Below, piece by piece: positions 20,354 through 30,271 of a DNA stretch of 64,000 nucleotides (within the stretch, counting starts at the first letter, position 1; every line of letters begins with the position of its first letter). The position numbers and the translations under genes were made by a program. The notes beneath the pieces are model-generated. The model ran no database searches and was not told the origin of the DNA. It saw only the letters and a list, made by a program, of their open reading frames with translations. Source of the DNA: a virus. The stretch spans positions 64,001 through 128,000 of the IMG/VR virus record IMGVR_UViG_3300047160_005727, one strand, 5' to 3'.

Positions 20354-22014
20354 TGCCATCGACTGCACCCTGGGCACGTTACGATCCACGGATCCGGCTC
20401 GTCGTCGACGGCAAAGAGATGCCCTGCATCCGCTGCAACGTCGACTACGAGTTGAACGCGATCCCCCAGGCATCGGCTACGCTCGCCGTGGGCCGTAGCT
20501 TCGACAACGAGACTTCGCCGGTGCACGCACTGGTCGAGAACTTCGTCGACCGGGCGCCGGCCCAGATCTACATCACGCCTAACGCGAAAGGCCAGGATCC
20601 ACAGTCGGCCAAGCAGGCAAACGATCTCGGCCTTTCCGGCAAGGAAGTCCGGATCTTCGATGGCTTCGTCACGGCGGCCGGCTTTACCCGTTCGCGAGGC
20701 ACTGCGCAGTTCAATATCCAGATGGAGCACTGGCTATCCGAGCTGGGGTTCAGCTCGATCTTCTCCAAGAGTAGCCATCCCGGTAACCCTGGTCAGTATT
20801 CCTTCGGGGCGCTGGGGCCGATGGGCAGCGACACCGGCTCACCTTTCTCTGACTTCGGTCTCGCCTACAACTTCATCACTGCTGACAGCATTACCAACGA
20901 CTTCTGGGGCGAAGGGCTCAAGCCGTTCTTCATGGAGCTTTGCAAACAGGACTCCTTCTGGTACTGGGAGCCGGAAGTCGGAGGTGGTGGGGGCGCCAAC
21001 GATGGCGCGCTGGCTGCACTCAAGCGGTTCAACAGCAAGTGTCAGCAGAAGCTAGCTGTCGCCATGGCGCTGGACGCAGATGTTGTATCCAACATCACGA
21101 TCCACGCCGGCGCTGCCGTCGGCACGCCTGACCAGATCGCTAACCAGACGCTCTGGGATGTTCTGGTCAGTACATTCGGTGCCCAGTATCTGTTCTACAT
21201 CGTACCGCGAGTTGAAGACGCCATCGTGGCGGCGTTCACACCCGGCTACCGGCAGAGCTTCATCACCATCAATGCCGATGAAGAGACCCAGGTCGAATGG
21301 ATGCGCGGTCTAGGCCGACCCATCCGCGGTGTCGGCATCCTGGCTGGCGTCGAGTCCTCGTGTGGAACAGCACTACCAGGACAACCTGCTCCATCTCAGT
21401 TGGGTATCGGTGGCTACTTTTCGCCCTACAAGACCGCTGCACCAGTAACGACCGGGCCGCCTGCGCCGGGACCTCCGGGCATCATCATTATCAAGCAAGG
21501 CCCGGACTGGATGACCAAGCTGTATGCCCCTGCGAAATATGCCCAGGAGTCTACCGGCGCTGGCGGCGGACCTATCAGCACCGCTGTCAACCCGGACGGT
21601 GGCAAACCACCAAAGGACGGCAGCCCGACGGATGCAGTAACTGCGCGGTTGAAGGACGTCGTCAAGCCGTTCCTGGACAACTTCGCACAAGCCCACTACG
21701 CCCTGGAGAAGCTCCGTACCCGGCAGGCAGTCTGCTCGTGCCCGTTCCGCCTGGATATCGCTCCTGGTTCGAGTGTCAAGGTCCAGAACGAAGGTGAGAC
21801 CCACGTGGGTAACGACCCGCTGGCTGCCCCATTCTATGCCCACGTAGCTCGCGTCTCGATCGCCGTGGACGCCGAGCAGCCCATGATCGGTACATCGCTT
21901 CACCTGTCCCACATTCGCAGCGAGAAGGAGAATAGCGACGACAAGACATCGATCGCCAAGCATCCGCTCTACAAGGATACTTTCCTGGGGTGCGCTCTGG
22001 TTGATACTAAGTGA
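20353..22014 (+). CDS. Putative baseplate hub protein (gp27/gpD-like)
   Basis: 553 aa; hub-like motifs VDYELNAIPQASATLAVG, IFDGFVT and FRLDIAPGSSVKV. Confidence 0.6.
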   Translation: MPSTAPWARYDPRIRLVVDGKEMPCIRCNVDYELNAIPQASATLAVGRSFDNETSPVHALVENFVDRAPAQIYITPNAKGQDPQSAKQANDLGLSGKEVRIFDGFVTAAGFTRSRGTAQFNIQMEHWLSELGFSSIFSKSSHPGNPGQYSFGALGPMGSDTGSPFSDFGLAYNFITADSITNDFWGEGLKPFFMELCKQDSFWYWEPEVGGGGGANDGALAALKRFNSKCQQKLAVAMALDADVVSNITIHAGAAVGTPDQIANQTLWDVLVSTFGAQYLFYIVPRVEDAIVAAFTPGYRQSFITINADEETQVEWMRGLGRPIRGVGILAGVESSCGTALPGQPAPSQLGIGGYFSPYKTAAPVTTGPPAPGPPGIIIIKQGPDWMTKLYAPAKYAQESTGAGGGPISTAVNPDGGKPPKDGSPTDAVTARLKDVVKPFLDNFAQAHYALEKLRTRQAVCSCPFRLDIAPGSSVKVQNEGETHVGNDPLAAPFYAHVARVSIAVDAEQPMIGTSLHLSHIRSEKENSDDKTSIAKHPLYKDTFLGCALVDTK

Positions 22015-22016
22015 GT

Positions 22017-22031
22017 GTTACGCGGCGTATC
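22017..22031. promoter_or_regulatory. 15-bp palindromic site, copy 2 (GTTACGCGGCGTATC), abutting the sigma-factor RBS
   Basis: Intergenic, directly before SD GGAGG and ATG 22041; identical to the copy at 62561. Confidence 0.65.
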
Positions 22032-22040
22032 GGAGGGACC

Positions 22041-22832
22041 ATGCCCAGCACTTTCAAGCCAGTCAAGATCGATGACTTCTCCAGTCCGGGTAACCGGCTC
22101 GAACCCAAGTTCGCGCCGGCTTTCCATACCTGGTCGGCCGATCCCAGCCCGGCCAACTCCGACCAGTTCCTGAAAGCCATCGATCCGATCGTCCAGGAAG
22201 GGCTGAACGTCTATGGGGGACGCAACGCCAACCCGATGATGCGGAGCCGGGCCCGCCGGATCGCCCTCGATGCCGCCACCAAGTACGATCCCAGCAAGGC
22301 CAGCCTGAAGACCCACCTGATGGCCCATCTTCAGGGCCTGCGTCGCTACGGCGCGCAGCAGAACCAGGTGATCCATGTTCCCGAGGCCGTGGCCCTCGAT
22401 CAGCATCACCTGGGCGAAGCCGAGGCCGAGCTGAGCGATCAGCTGGGTCGTGATCCCTCTGACGCCGAGCTAGCCGATCATATGGGGCTCTCCCGCCGGC
22501 GCATCGCCCACATCCGTGGCTACCGTCCAGCGGTACCCGAGGGGCGGTTGGCCTCCCTGTCTGATGAAGATGAAGAAGGGGGTGCCGGAGGCGGGTTCGA
22601 GCCGGCCGTGGAAGGCCCGGACCGGTCTATGCTTCGTGCCCAGTTCCTTTATCATGACCTTGACCCGCACGACCAGGTGATCCTGGAGTACGGCATGGGT
22701 TTGAACGGGTCACCCAAGCTGCCGGCCGCCCAGATCGCCCGACGGCTGCGGATCTCGCCGGGTGCTGTCAGCCAGCGGGCAGCGCGCATCCAGCAGATGC
22801 TCGATGAGTTCGAGGACACCAACGTGCTGTGA
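22041..22832 (+). CDS. Phage RNA polymerase sigma factor (sigma-70 family, FliA/WhiG-like)
   Basis: Region 2 (ALDAATKYDPSKASLKTHL), region 3 (LGRDPSDAELADHMG) and region 4 HTH (AAQIARRLRISPGAVSQR). Confidence 0.85.
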   Translation: MPSTFKPVKIDDFSSPGNRLEPKFAPAFHTWSADPSPANSDQFLKAIDPIVQEGLNVYGGRNANPMMRSRARRIALDAATKYDPSKASLKTHLMAHLQGLRRYGAQQNQVIHVPEAVALDQHHLGEAEAELSDQLGRDPSDAELADHMGLSRRRIAHIRGYRPAVPEGRLASLSDEDEEGGAGGGFEPAVEGPDRSMLRAQFLYHDLDPHDQVILEYGMGLNGSPKLPAAQIARRLRISPGAVSQRAARIQQMLDEFEDTNVL

Positions 22833-22839
22833 GGATGAC

Positions 22840-23286
22840 ATGCCAAGCAAGGGTAAGATCCACGACGTATTCCAGAACGACATTCAGCAGCTTACTACCC
22901 AGGCCGGGCAGCAAGCGGACATGATCCGGGGCAAGGGAACCCGCCCTTGGAACGATCCGAAGTGGTCGGATGCCAGTAAGCCCAAGAGCCCGCTCGATAT
23001 TCCTGGCATCACGGACGGCTTCAACCGTGACCAGATCGACACCAACTACGGCCAGCTGATCCAGTCTGGCTCCGATGCCGGCACTGTCGGCGATGTGATC
23101 TGCGTCAAGACACAGGGTGACTACATCGCCGAGATGGAGCGGGGCTACCGGGCCAGGCATGCCACGCCGGTTCGGTGCATCGGCCACGCAATGGCTCGGC
23201 GTAAGGGTCATTCGATGACCAACGGCGTATTCCAGGGCGGCGTGCTCAAGCATGTCCAGGATGCGCTGAAGGGAGGCCAGAGTTGA
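22840..23286 (+). CDS. Hypothetical protein in baseplate operon
   Basis: 148 aa, SD GAGGA, closely spaced with its neighbours. Confidence 0.6.
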   Translation: MPSKGKIHDVFQNDIQQLTTQAGQQADMIRGKGTRPWNDPKWSDASKPKSPLDIPGITDGFNRDQIDTNYGQLIQSGSDAGTVGDVICVKTQGDYIAEMERGYRARHATPVRCIGHAMARRKGHSMTNGVFQGGVLKHVQDALKGGQS

Positions 23287-23795
23287 ACGGCGACCCACGG
23301 GTCTACGATGTTCTGGCACTTCAAGGCGCCAAGCCCATTGGTGAGGTTCTGCTCCAGCAGATCCTCTTCACCGATGCTGCCGCGGGTATGCTCTGCACCG
23401 GGATCCAGAAGCTGGCCCAGCGGTTTGTACTGGAACTGCTCACCGAGCTGGGCTCGATGCTTTATCTGCCCAACCGCGGTACCAGGTTCCTGATCCAGTT
23501 CTACCAGGGCTTGCTCCGCACCGAGACCGATGTCTTCATCGCATTCAACCTCGCCCTGAACGATCTCGAGTTGAGCCTGACCGCCGAGGAGCTGGATACC
23601 GATCCGCTCGACGAGCGATACGGCAGTGCCAACCTGGACTCGGTACTCATCACCAACGGCAACATCATCATGCACGTTACGTTGCGGAGTCTGGCTGGTA
23701 GGTCCCGCCAGGTGATCATGCCCATCTCGACTACGCCCGGCATCGTTGCCACGCCGACCGGGACGACGCCTGAAGTGCTCACGACCACAGTCTGA
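23283..23795 (+). CDS. Baseplate wedge subunit (gp25/gpW-like)
   Basis: GIQKLAQRFVLELLTELGS....P.RGT motif typical of gp25-like proteins; precedes the J-like gene. Confidence 0.7.
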   Translation: MNGDPRVYDVLALQGAKPIGEVLLQQILFTDAAAGMLCTGIQKLAQRFVLELLTELGSMLYLPNRGTRFLIQFYQGLLRTETDVFIAFNLALNDLELSLTAEELDTDPLDERYGSANLDSVLITNGNIIMHVTLRSLAGRSRQVIMPISTTPGIVATPTGTTPEVLTTTV

Positions 23796-23806
23796 CGGAG
23801 GCTCGT

Positions 23807-25504
23807 ATGGCTGACATTCTTGATGTCCTGGATCTATCGACGGTCGACCCGGCCCTCGTGGCCCAGGTGCAGTCGCAGCTCTCCGAGCGGATGGCCGAGC
23901 AGTTCCCCGAGCTGGAGACCAAGCGCGGGGTGATCCATGACATCGTCCTCTACCTGACGGCGATCCTGGGTGCCGAGCAGCGAACCCGCATGGAGCTGCT
24001 ACGCGAGTCGTCCAGTCTACAGGCGATCTCCCAGAACCCGCAGCTGAGTGATGACACGATCGTCGATGTGGCACTATCCAACTTCCGGATCACCCGCGAG
24101 CCCGGTACAGCTGCCTCCGGTACGATCACCATCGTCCTCAACGCCCTGGTACCGGTCGTCATACCGGCTGATAACCAGTTCTCGTCCGGCGGCATCATCT
24201 TCACACCAGGTCTGGCCTATGCTGCACGGCTCAGTGCCGACACGGCCACCACGGCCACAGATCGTGTGCTTCGTCCAGTTGGCGACGGCACCTACGCCTT
24301 CTCGATCCCGGTGACTGCTCAGGATACGGGCTCGGCCGGCATGCTGCGCCGCGGGGCCGGACTGACCACTCTCGACCCGATCCCTTACTTCAACCGGGCG
24401 TTTGCCGAGAGTGACTTCACGGGCGGCTTCGACCCCGAGACCAATGCCGAGATGATCGCCCGGCTTCAAAGCGGCCTGGCAGCTCAAGCATGGTCGAACC
24501 GGGTCACGATCGACGCTTCGATCCGGGCTATGCCCGAGTTCGCCCGCATCCTTCAGATGTCGATCATCGGCGCTGGTGACGCCGAGATGCTCCGCGACAA
24601 GCACACCATCATGCCGATCGCCAACTTCGGCCGGGTGGATCTCTACGTGCGCACCCAGGACCTGCCGTTATCGCAGGCCATCTACGATCCGCCGACGTCG
24701 AGTGTGCCGGCACCTACGACGAAGACAGCCACGCTGATCCAGAAGACCGCCGAGGGCGGGATCTGGCAGTTCTCGATCGGCTCGGCTGATGCTCCCGGCT
24801 TCTACCAGGTCGATCGGGTCGGGCCGATCCAGACGGCACAGGATGATGCCGGCTACGAAGTGATCGGCGATGTACGCGGGATAGATCTCAACTATCCCGG
24901 CTTCGTGCCCGATATCGTCCTACCGATCGAGGCCGTCTACAGCCGTTACCAGGCGGCGACGATCCAGTTTCTGGACACGGATACGCCGGTTGCCAACCTG
25001 GTCGAGAACGAGTCCACGGCTGCTTACTACGTCACGGTGCTGGGCATGCCGCTGATCGCTGAGCTGCAAGACACCGTCTCCGGGCGCTCGTTCGGCGCCC
25101 CGGCTGGCGATGCACTGGCCAAGGCCCCGATACCGTGCTTCCTGACCATTAGCTTCAACATCAACAAGCGGGCCTCGGTCGTCGTCGATCAGCCGACCAT
25201 CGACGGCATCTGCATCAGTGTGGCCCAGCTGGTCAACTCGCTAGGCTTTCCCGGGCAGCTCTACGCCAGTCTGATATCCGACCTGGTTCAGCAGCAGCTT
25301 CCCGATGGTGCCTACCTCGGGGCCATCGATATGTTCGGCACCATCCGGCGGCCAGATGGTTCCTTGCGGCGAATTCGCAGCACCGAAGTCCTGGTGATCC
25401 CTGACGAGCCCAGTCTCATGGTCACGCCGCGTACCGTGGCCTTCATACTCGATCCCCTTGCCGTCGGCGTATCAGTCATCGACGCGGATATGCCCGACAT
25501 TTAA
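23807..25504 (+). CDS. Baseplate J-like protein
   Basis: LSNFRITREPGTAASGTITI, FTGGFDPETNAEMIARL and GRVDLYVRT are baseplate J hallmarks. Confidence 0.85.
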   Translation: MADILDVLDLSTVDPALVAQVQSQLSERMAEQFPELETKRGVIHDIVLYLTAILGAEQRTRMELLRESSSLQAISQNPQLSDDTIVDVALSNFRITREPGTAASGTITIVLNALVPVVIPADNQFSSGGIIFTPGLAYAARLSADTATTATDRVLRPVGDGTYAFSIPVTAQDTGSAGMLRRGAGLTTLDPIPYFNRAFAESDFTGGFDPETNAEMIARLQSGLAAQAWSNRVTIDASIRAMPEFARILQMSIIGAGDAEMLRDKHTIMPIANFGRVDLYVRTQDLPLSQAIYDPPTSSVPAPTTKTATLIQKTAEGGIWQFSIGSADAPGFYQVDRVGPIQTAQDDAGYEVIGDVRGIDLNYPGFVPDIVLPIEAVYSRYQAATIQFLDTDTPVANLVENESTAAYYVTVLGMPLIAELQDTVSGRSFGAPAGDALAKAPIPCFLTISFNINKRASVVVDQPTIDGICISVAQLVNSLGFPGQLYASLISDLVQQQLPDGAYLGAIDMFGTIRRPDGSLRRIRSTEVLVIPDEPSLMVTPRTVAFILDPLAVGVSVIDADMPDI

Positions 25505-25518
25505 CCCGAGGAGGAGTC

Positions 25519-26004
25519 ATGAAGACGATCCATGCTCTCCAGAGTCGGCGTAAACATATCCGTGACTTCATCACCAAACTACTGGAGGCTCATTTCGACC
25601 CCGATACAACCAGGCCAACATTGGGCGGCCTGGCTGGTTGTCTGACCGACGAAGAGCCTGATAACTTGCCTCGCGACGAGGAGCTGGTCATCGAACCTTC
25701 ACCTCAGTTGCCGCACCCGACCGGCATACTGCGCCGTAACGGTGGCAACGATATCTGGGCCCACTTGGCCGACACAGAATACTACCTGCACATTCCGCAC
25801 GATCTCGTAGTCCGCTACAAGTTCGAGGTGTCCGGCGACTATGTGGCACTGGTCATTCATTCGGTATCACGGCTCGCGGGGCTAGAACTCTCCAAGGACT
25901 TCTCTGAAGTTCCAGTCGATCGAATGATCATCGAGCCGCCGTTGGTTGTGATGCTTACGCCTGATCAATACAACTGCGAGGATGTCGAGATCGAGATCCC
26001 ATGA
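25519..26004 (+). CDS. Hypothetical protein inserted in baseplate operon
   Basis: 161 aa, strong SD GAGGAGGAG. Confidence 0.6.
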   Translation: MKTIHALQSRRKHIRDFITKLLEAHFDPDTTRPTLGGLAGCLTDEEPDNLPRDEELVIEPSPQLPHPTGILRRNGGNDIWAHLADTEYYLHIPHDLVVRYKFEVSGDYVALVIHSVSRLAGLELSKDFSEVPVDRMIIEPPLVVMLTPDQYNCEDVEIEIP

Positions 26005-27533
26005 CTTACACGTACGTCGACAGTGATCTGCACAACTCCCGCAAGCTCCTGAGCCTGTTGGGCAGCTTCTGGTCGAGCCTGTTCCTGGGCGTCGATCAGG
26101 TTCAGGAACACTGCGTCGGTGTTGGCGAGGCCGGCTATCAGGCCAGCATCGACCTGGCGGAGACGATCCATTCCGTCGGTCGCCCCACCGTGCCCGTCTT
26201 TCATACCGAGCAGTGGTATTCCTATCCGGTCCTCAAGTCCGAGATGGGTGTTGCCCCGGTGCTCTACGGCGGCCAAGGCTCCGGGCTCTTCGGCGGCGGC
26301 CTGAGCTATGGCTCAAGCGTGGCGCCGGTGTACTCGTGGAACTGCCCGGTTGCCAACGTCGATCTGATCTTCAACCGGATCTACGACCCGTCGGCCACGT
26401 TCACCCGCGGGCTGGACTTCGTCATCGATAGCGGGCGGCTCGTCTTTCTCGCCAACCCTTTCGAGGATGCCCGGTTCATCCCCGAGCCCGTTCTGGACAG
26501 CATGGGCCAGGAGATCGATAGCCAGCTAACCCTGTGGTTGTTCCGGCCCGCTGTCGACTATCAGCACATCTGGACCCAGTTCGGCTACATCATGGGTATC
26601 CGGCTGGACTCGTCCCAGGAATACAAAGACCTGATCAATGCCTTGCTGGATGCGATCACCGGCTGCACTGCGACCGAACAGCTCGATGAAGTCCTGGCGG
26701 CCGTGACCGGCTGTCCGCTGGCGCGCGGCAATGAGGTTGTTCAGGATGTCACCCTCTTCGCCAATGACTTGCTGGTGATCACCGATCAGTGGGCTTATCG
26801 CTACCCGACGACAGCCAACCCAGTGGTTCAGATCGGCGACAAAGTCGAGCAGGGCGACTCGCTCGTCGATACGGTCGAGACCTGGTACCTGAACCACGGC
26901 ACTGTTCCGGACTGGCTGTACGCGCTTTCGCTTGGTCCGGGTCTGCTCTCGACCGGCTACCTGTCTGATCTCACGTTCAGCAATACCGAGACGCCACTGG
27001 TCGTCGAGATGGCTGACGATGGCTATACCAAGGTCAGCTGGGCTCTGGGTGGGTTCCCTGCCGACGTGACCGAGTTCTGGAACGAAGTCCATCGCCGGGG
27101 TGTGAGCAGCGGTACGACCCTGGCCCATCTGCTCGATCTCCGGGAGTCGCCGATCGGTGAGCCGGGGCCGGACAGCTTGCCTTCGGCGATCAACCCACTG
27201 ACGTTCTTGGCTGCCAACTACTTGCGGCATAACGCTTTGCTTGTCAGGATCAAGACCGGCGGGTTCGGCGAGGGGGCGCTGGGCCTGGCACAGCTCAGAC
27301 ATCTCCGGCGGATCATACCACCACACGAGATGATCCTGATCGTGATGGAAATGCCGGTCGTGGAGGACTCTGTTATAGTGGACGGCGTCGACGGGCTTGT
27401 TGATGAAACGCTATTGTCCTACAGTGCCGGTGAGCCGTTCTATGAGCCAGCTGATCCTAGTCTTAATGTGGGTGACGGTCCTTCCATCGCTTCTATTATT
27501 CTGGGCACCTGCTACTCGGAGGCTGACTGGTGA
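26001..27533 (+). CDS. Putative baseplate wedge protein (gpI/gp7-like position)
   Basis: 510 aa after J; LLGSFWS at the N-terminus and LRRIIPPH near the C-terminus, as in gpI-like proteins. Confidence 0.55.
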   Translation: MTYTYVDSDLHNSRKLLSLLGSFWSSLFLGVDQVQEHCVGVGEAGYQASIDLAETIHSVGRPTVPVFHTEQWYSYPVLKSEMGVAPVLYGGQGSGLFGGGLSYGSSVAPVYSWNCPVANVDLIFNRIYDPSATFTRGLDFVIDSGRLVFLANPFEDARFIPEPVLDSMGQEIDSQLTLWLFRPAVDYQHIWTQFGYIMGIRLDSSQEYKDLINALLDAITGCTATEQLDEVLAAVTGCPLARGNEVVQDVTLFANDLLVITDQWAYRYPTTANPVVQIGDKVEQGDSLVDTVETWYLNHGTVPDWLYALSLGPGLLSTGYLSDLTFSNTETPLVVEMADDGYTKVSWALGGFPADVTEFWNEVHRRGVSSGTTLAHLLDLRESPIGEPGPDSLPSAINPLTFLAANYLRHNALLVRIKTGGFGEGALGLAQLRHLRRIIPPHEMILIVMEMPVVEDSVIVDGVDGLVDETLLSYSAGEPFYEPADPSLNVGDGPSIASIILGTCYSEADW

Positions 27534-27778
27534 AGACGACGCCCGGCATACCACGAACCAGGCAGCTGTTCCGTGAGATCGGTCCTGGCACGAACTTTCA
27601 GGCCGAATGGCACGGGAAGGTGGCCGACTACCTGACCACAGACCTGATCCGAGCCGCACCGGATAGCAGTAAGCCATGGGACCGTCGTGCAGCGGTCAAC
27701 CTGGAAACCGGTGAGACTGTATGGTTTGCCGACGATCAGACAGTTACACCCACGATCATGCAAGCTGGCCCAGCCTGA
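27530..27778 (+). CDS. Small hypothetical protein
   Basis: 82 aa, GTGA overlap with the upstream stop, SD GGAGG. Confidence 0.5.
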   Translation: MKTTPGIPRTRQLFREIGPGTNFQAEWHGKVADYLTTDLIRAAPDSSKPWDRRAAVNLETGETVWFADDQTVTPTIMQAGPA

Positions 27779-27805
27779 CGAACATTCAGCAAGGATGCAA
27801 CGCAC

Positions 27806-28402
27806 ATGGATGGACCCATCGCTTCCGGCCAGCACATGGCCTTCCACGTCGATGATAAGACGGGGCTCTGGACCCCAAGGCAGAAGCTGTTCACACCCAA
27901 CACGCTTCTGTATACCTGGGGCAACATCGTCTCGCGCTGCTGCGGGATGGGCGACATGGCATACAAGGTGTCGGTGATGTACCTGGAGTTCGAGAACAAC
28001 AGCGACGGTGGGCCGATCTCGGTCCCGTCGTTCAACCGCGAAGACGGCATCGAGTACTACAACAACTTGTCATCCAACCCGTGGCGCGACTATCTCCGGG
28101 TGCCGATCAGACCCTACCCGGACATCGTCGTTGCTCCGGGGTTTGAGCAGTATCTCGACCCGGACGAGGGCAACTGCTGTGTCTTCTTCGCTCAAAGCCA
28201 GGGCTCATTCGGTGTGCATGGCGTCGCCTTCTCCGATGGTGTGCACTCGATAGTTTACGGGGTGGCCTTGGCGGCTGCGCCGGTCACCAACGATCCGACT
28301 CAAGATGTACTGTTCGCCAGAAGTTACTACCAGTCAGAGAACCAGGTTCCCAAGGTGCCCTCGGGTCAGATCGGCGTCCAGTATCCGATGACCTTCAAGT
28401 GA
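27806..28402 (+). CDS. Putative tail-collar/baseplate-fibre junction protein
   Basis: 198 aa; C-terminal LFARSYY...K...QIGVQY resembles tail-collar-like proteins. Confidence 0.45.
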   Translation: MDGPIASGQHMAFHVDDKTGLWTPRQKLFTPNTLLYTWGNIVSRCCGMGDMAYKVSVMYLEFENNSDGGPISVPSFNREDGIEYYNNLSSNPWRDYLRVPIRPYPDIVVAPGFEQYLDPDEGNCCVFFAQSQGSFGVHGVAFSDGVHSIVYGVALAAAPVTNDPTQDVLFARSYYQSENQVPKVPSGQIGVQYPMTFK

Positions 28403-28419
28403 GCCCAAGGAGGGGTCTT

Positions 28420-30270
28420 ATGCCCGGCGGCGTATGGATCAACCGGATCCGGCACGTCAGTGATGGTGAGGCGGTCAATGGCGCCATCGACAGCCGGCCA
28501 ACCCGCGCTCTCGAGGGTAACGGCCAGTACCTGAAGGATCGCATCGACTCGGCCGAGCTGGGTGAAGCTGTCTGTGCGTACGGCGAGACGGTCGAACCCG
28601 ATGCCCTAGTCGGCATGGCCGTCTACCGCAACAACGTCACCGCCCGCTACGAGCGAGCCCTGGCCGCCGTCACGACGGATCGGAAGTCCGGGACGCTTGT
28701 GCCTGCACCATCGTCAGACTGCATCGGCATTGTCGTCTTCAAGTGGAACGCCACCAAGGCCGACATCCTGCTGGCTGGCCGGCGGACTGTCGACATCTCG
28801 CAAGCTGTCGCCTACGCTTCCCCGCCCAACAGCGCCCCGCCAGGCCGGTACTATCTCTCCGCAGCAACGCCTGGCATGCTCGTCCAGCAGAAGCCGCCAG
28901 TCTCGGTCTCGGTACTGGTCTACACCGATGACGGCATCGCGATCGTCCAGCCGATCCAGCGCGACTTCATGGAAGATCACATCCACTACAGGTTCCGGCT
29001 GTATTCGCAGCCAGCCGGGTTGCGGAGCCTTGTCGATGGCGGCATCGTTTCGATCGACACGCCTGACGTGACTAAGTATGGCTGGCTGCCGGTCGACCAC
29101 TTCGATAGCAGCATCGTGCCGACTGGGGCGGTCTTCGGCTACAACCTGGCCACCCATCCCGAGCTGGCCCGGGTCTTCCCGCCGATCCCGCCGGACGCGG
29201 CTGCCATCTTTCTCGACCGCGGTCAGAACCACGCAGGCGGTACACTGATACCGATGGGCCCCGGTGGCCTATGCATCGTCGATCGCAATGGCATCTGGTG
29301 GATGAGCGACTGTGCGGGCGATGCCCCCTGGCCTGATGCCTGGGTCGCCAGCGATCCTCAGATCCCACCACTGACGTATGATCCGCCGCCGCTGGTAGCT
29401 ACGGACCCACCCGAATGTCCTCGCGCGGAAGAGTTCAAGATCATCCTGTCCTACACTGTGATGGTCTTCACCACCGAGAAGACGGTGGTGACCAGCCTGC
29501 GGCCGGCACCGAACAGTCCGCTGGTCTTCACCAACTGTGACGGTCAGGATGCGACGACCGGCGACCTGTGTGCCGATCTCGACCTGGCATTCCTGGTGGA
29601 TACCTCCGAGATGATCCCGGGCTGCGTGGTCTTCAAGGAGCTGGATAACGAGACCTTCAAGCAGGGCTACGTCGTCGAGGGGCTGAAGCAAGGTCTGGGC
29701 TGCTCTCTCATATCACTCAGCGGTCTGGTCACGCCCGATGGTATCTATCAGGGGGTCGTTGAGGTCACGCTGGATACCTCGTCCGGCGAGCGCGAGCTAC
29801 CAGCCGATCTGATCCGCCTGGCACAGACTCAAGAACGGTTTCACCTGGACATCCCGTATATCGGCTTCGACCCTGGCCGCGATACCAGCCTGCGGATGCG
29901 GTTCTACGTACCGACCGACGGCATACCAGACAGCTCCCAGGTGGCGATCCGGATGCAGCTCCTGGGGCGAGCCGGCGCTACACTGCCATCGCTGGGGTTG
30001 AGCTACCGCAAGTTGCAACGACCGCCACTGCCGCCATGGACACCGGTCAACCTACCGGGACTGGCCGCCGAGGTCCCATTGGCCATCGATACCGCCAAGC
30101 CAGTCGGCGTCGACCAGTACATCGAGGTTCAGAGCACTGATCAGATCCCAGTGGTAAAGGGCGACACGATCCTTGTCACCCTGACTCGGCTTTCTACCGA
30201 CGGTTATGTCGGCGAGGTCGGACTTATGCGGCCGGTCGGTGTCCTGACAAGCACGACATCGGGAGCATGA
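28420..30270 (+). CDS. Virion structural protein (fibre/baseplate)
   Basis: 616 aa; fibre-anchor-like N-terminus (DGEAVNGAIDSRPTRALEGNGQYLKDRID); SD AGGAGG. Confidence 0.55.
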   Translation: MPGGVWINRIRHVSDGEAVNGAIDSRPTRALEGNGQYLKDRIDSAELGEAVCAYGETVEPDALVGMAVYRNNVTARYERALAAVTTDRKSGTLVPAPSSDCIGIVVFKWNATKADILLAGRRTVDISQAVAYASPPNSAPPGRYYLSAATPGMLVQQKPPVSVSVLVYTDDGIAIVQPIQRDFMEDHIHYRFRLYSQPAGLRSLVDGGIVSIDTPDVTKYGWLPVDHFDSSIVPTGAVFGYNLATHPELARVFPPIPPDAAAIFLDRGQNHAGGTLIPMGPGGLCIVDRNGIWWMSDCAGDAPWPDAWVASDPQIPPLTYDPPPLVATDPPECPRAEEFKIILSYTVMVFTTEKTVVTSLRPAPNSPLVFTNCDGQDATTGDLCADLDLAFLVDTSEMIPGCVVFKELDNETFKQGYVVEGLKQGLGCSLISLSGLVTPDGIYQGVVEVTLDTSSGERELPADLIRLAQTQERFHLDIPYIGFDPGRDTSLRMRFYVPTDGIPDSSQVAIRMQLLGRAGATLPSLGLSYRKLQRPPLPPWTPVNLPGLAAEVPLAIDTAKPVGVDQYIEVQSTDQIPVVKGDTILVTLTRLSTDGYVGEVGLMRPVGVLTSTTSGA

Positions 30271-30271
30271 C

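Noticed and set aside
25421-25435. Near-match to the 15-bp palindrome (GTCACGCCGCGTACC)
   Set aside because: Two mismatches, including one in the core; plausible by chance, so not counted.
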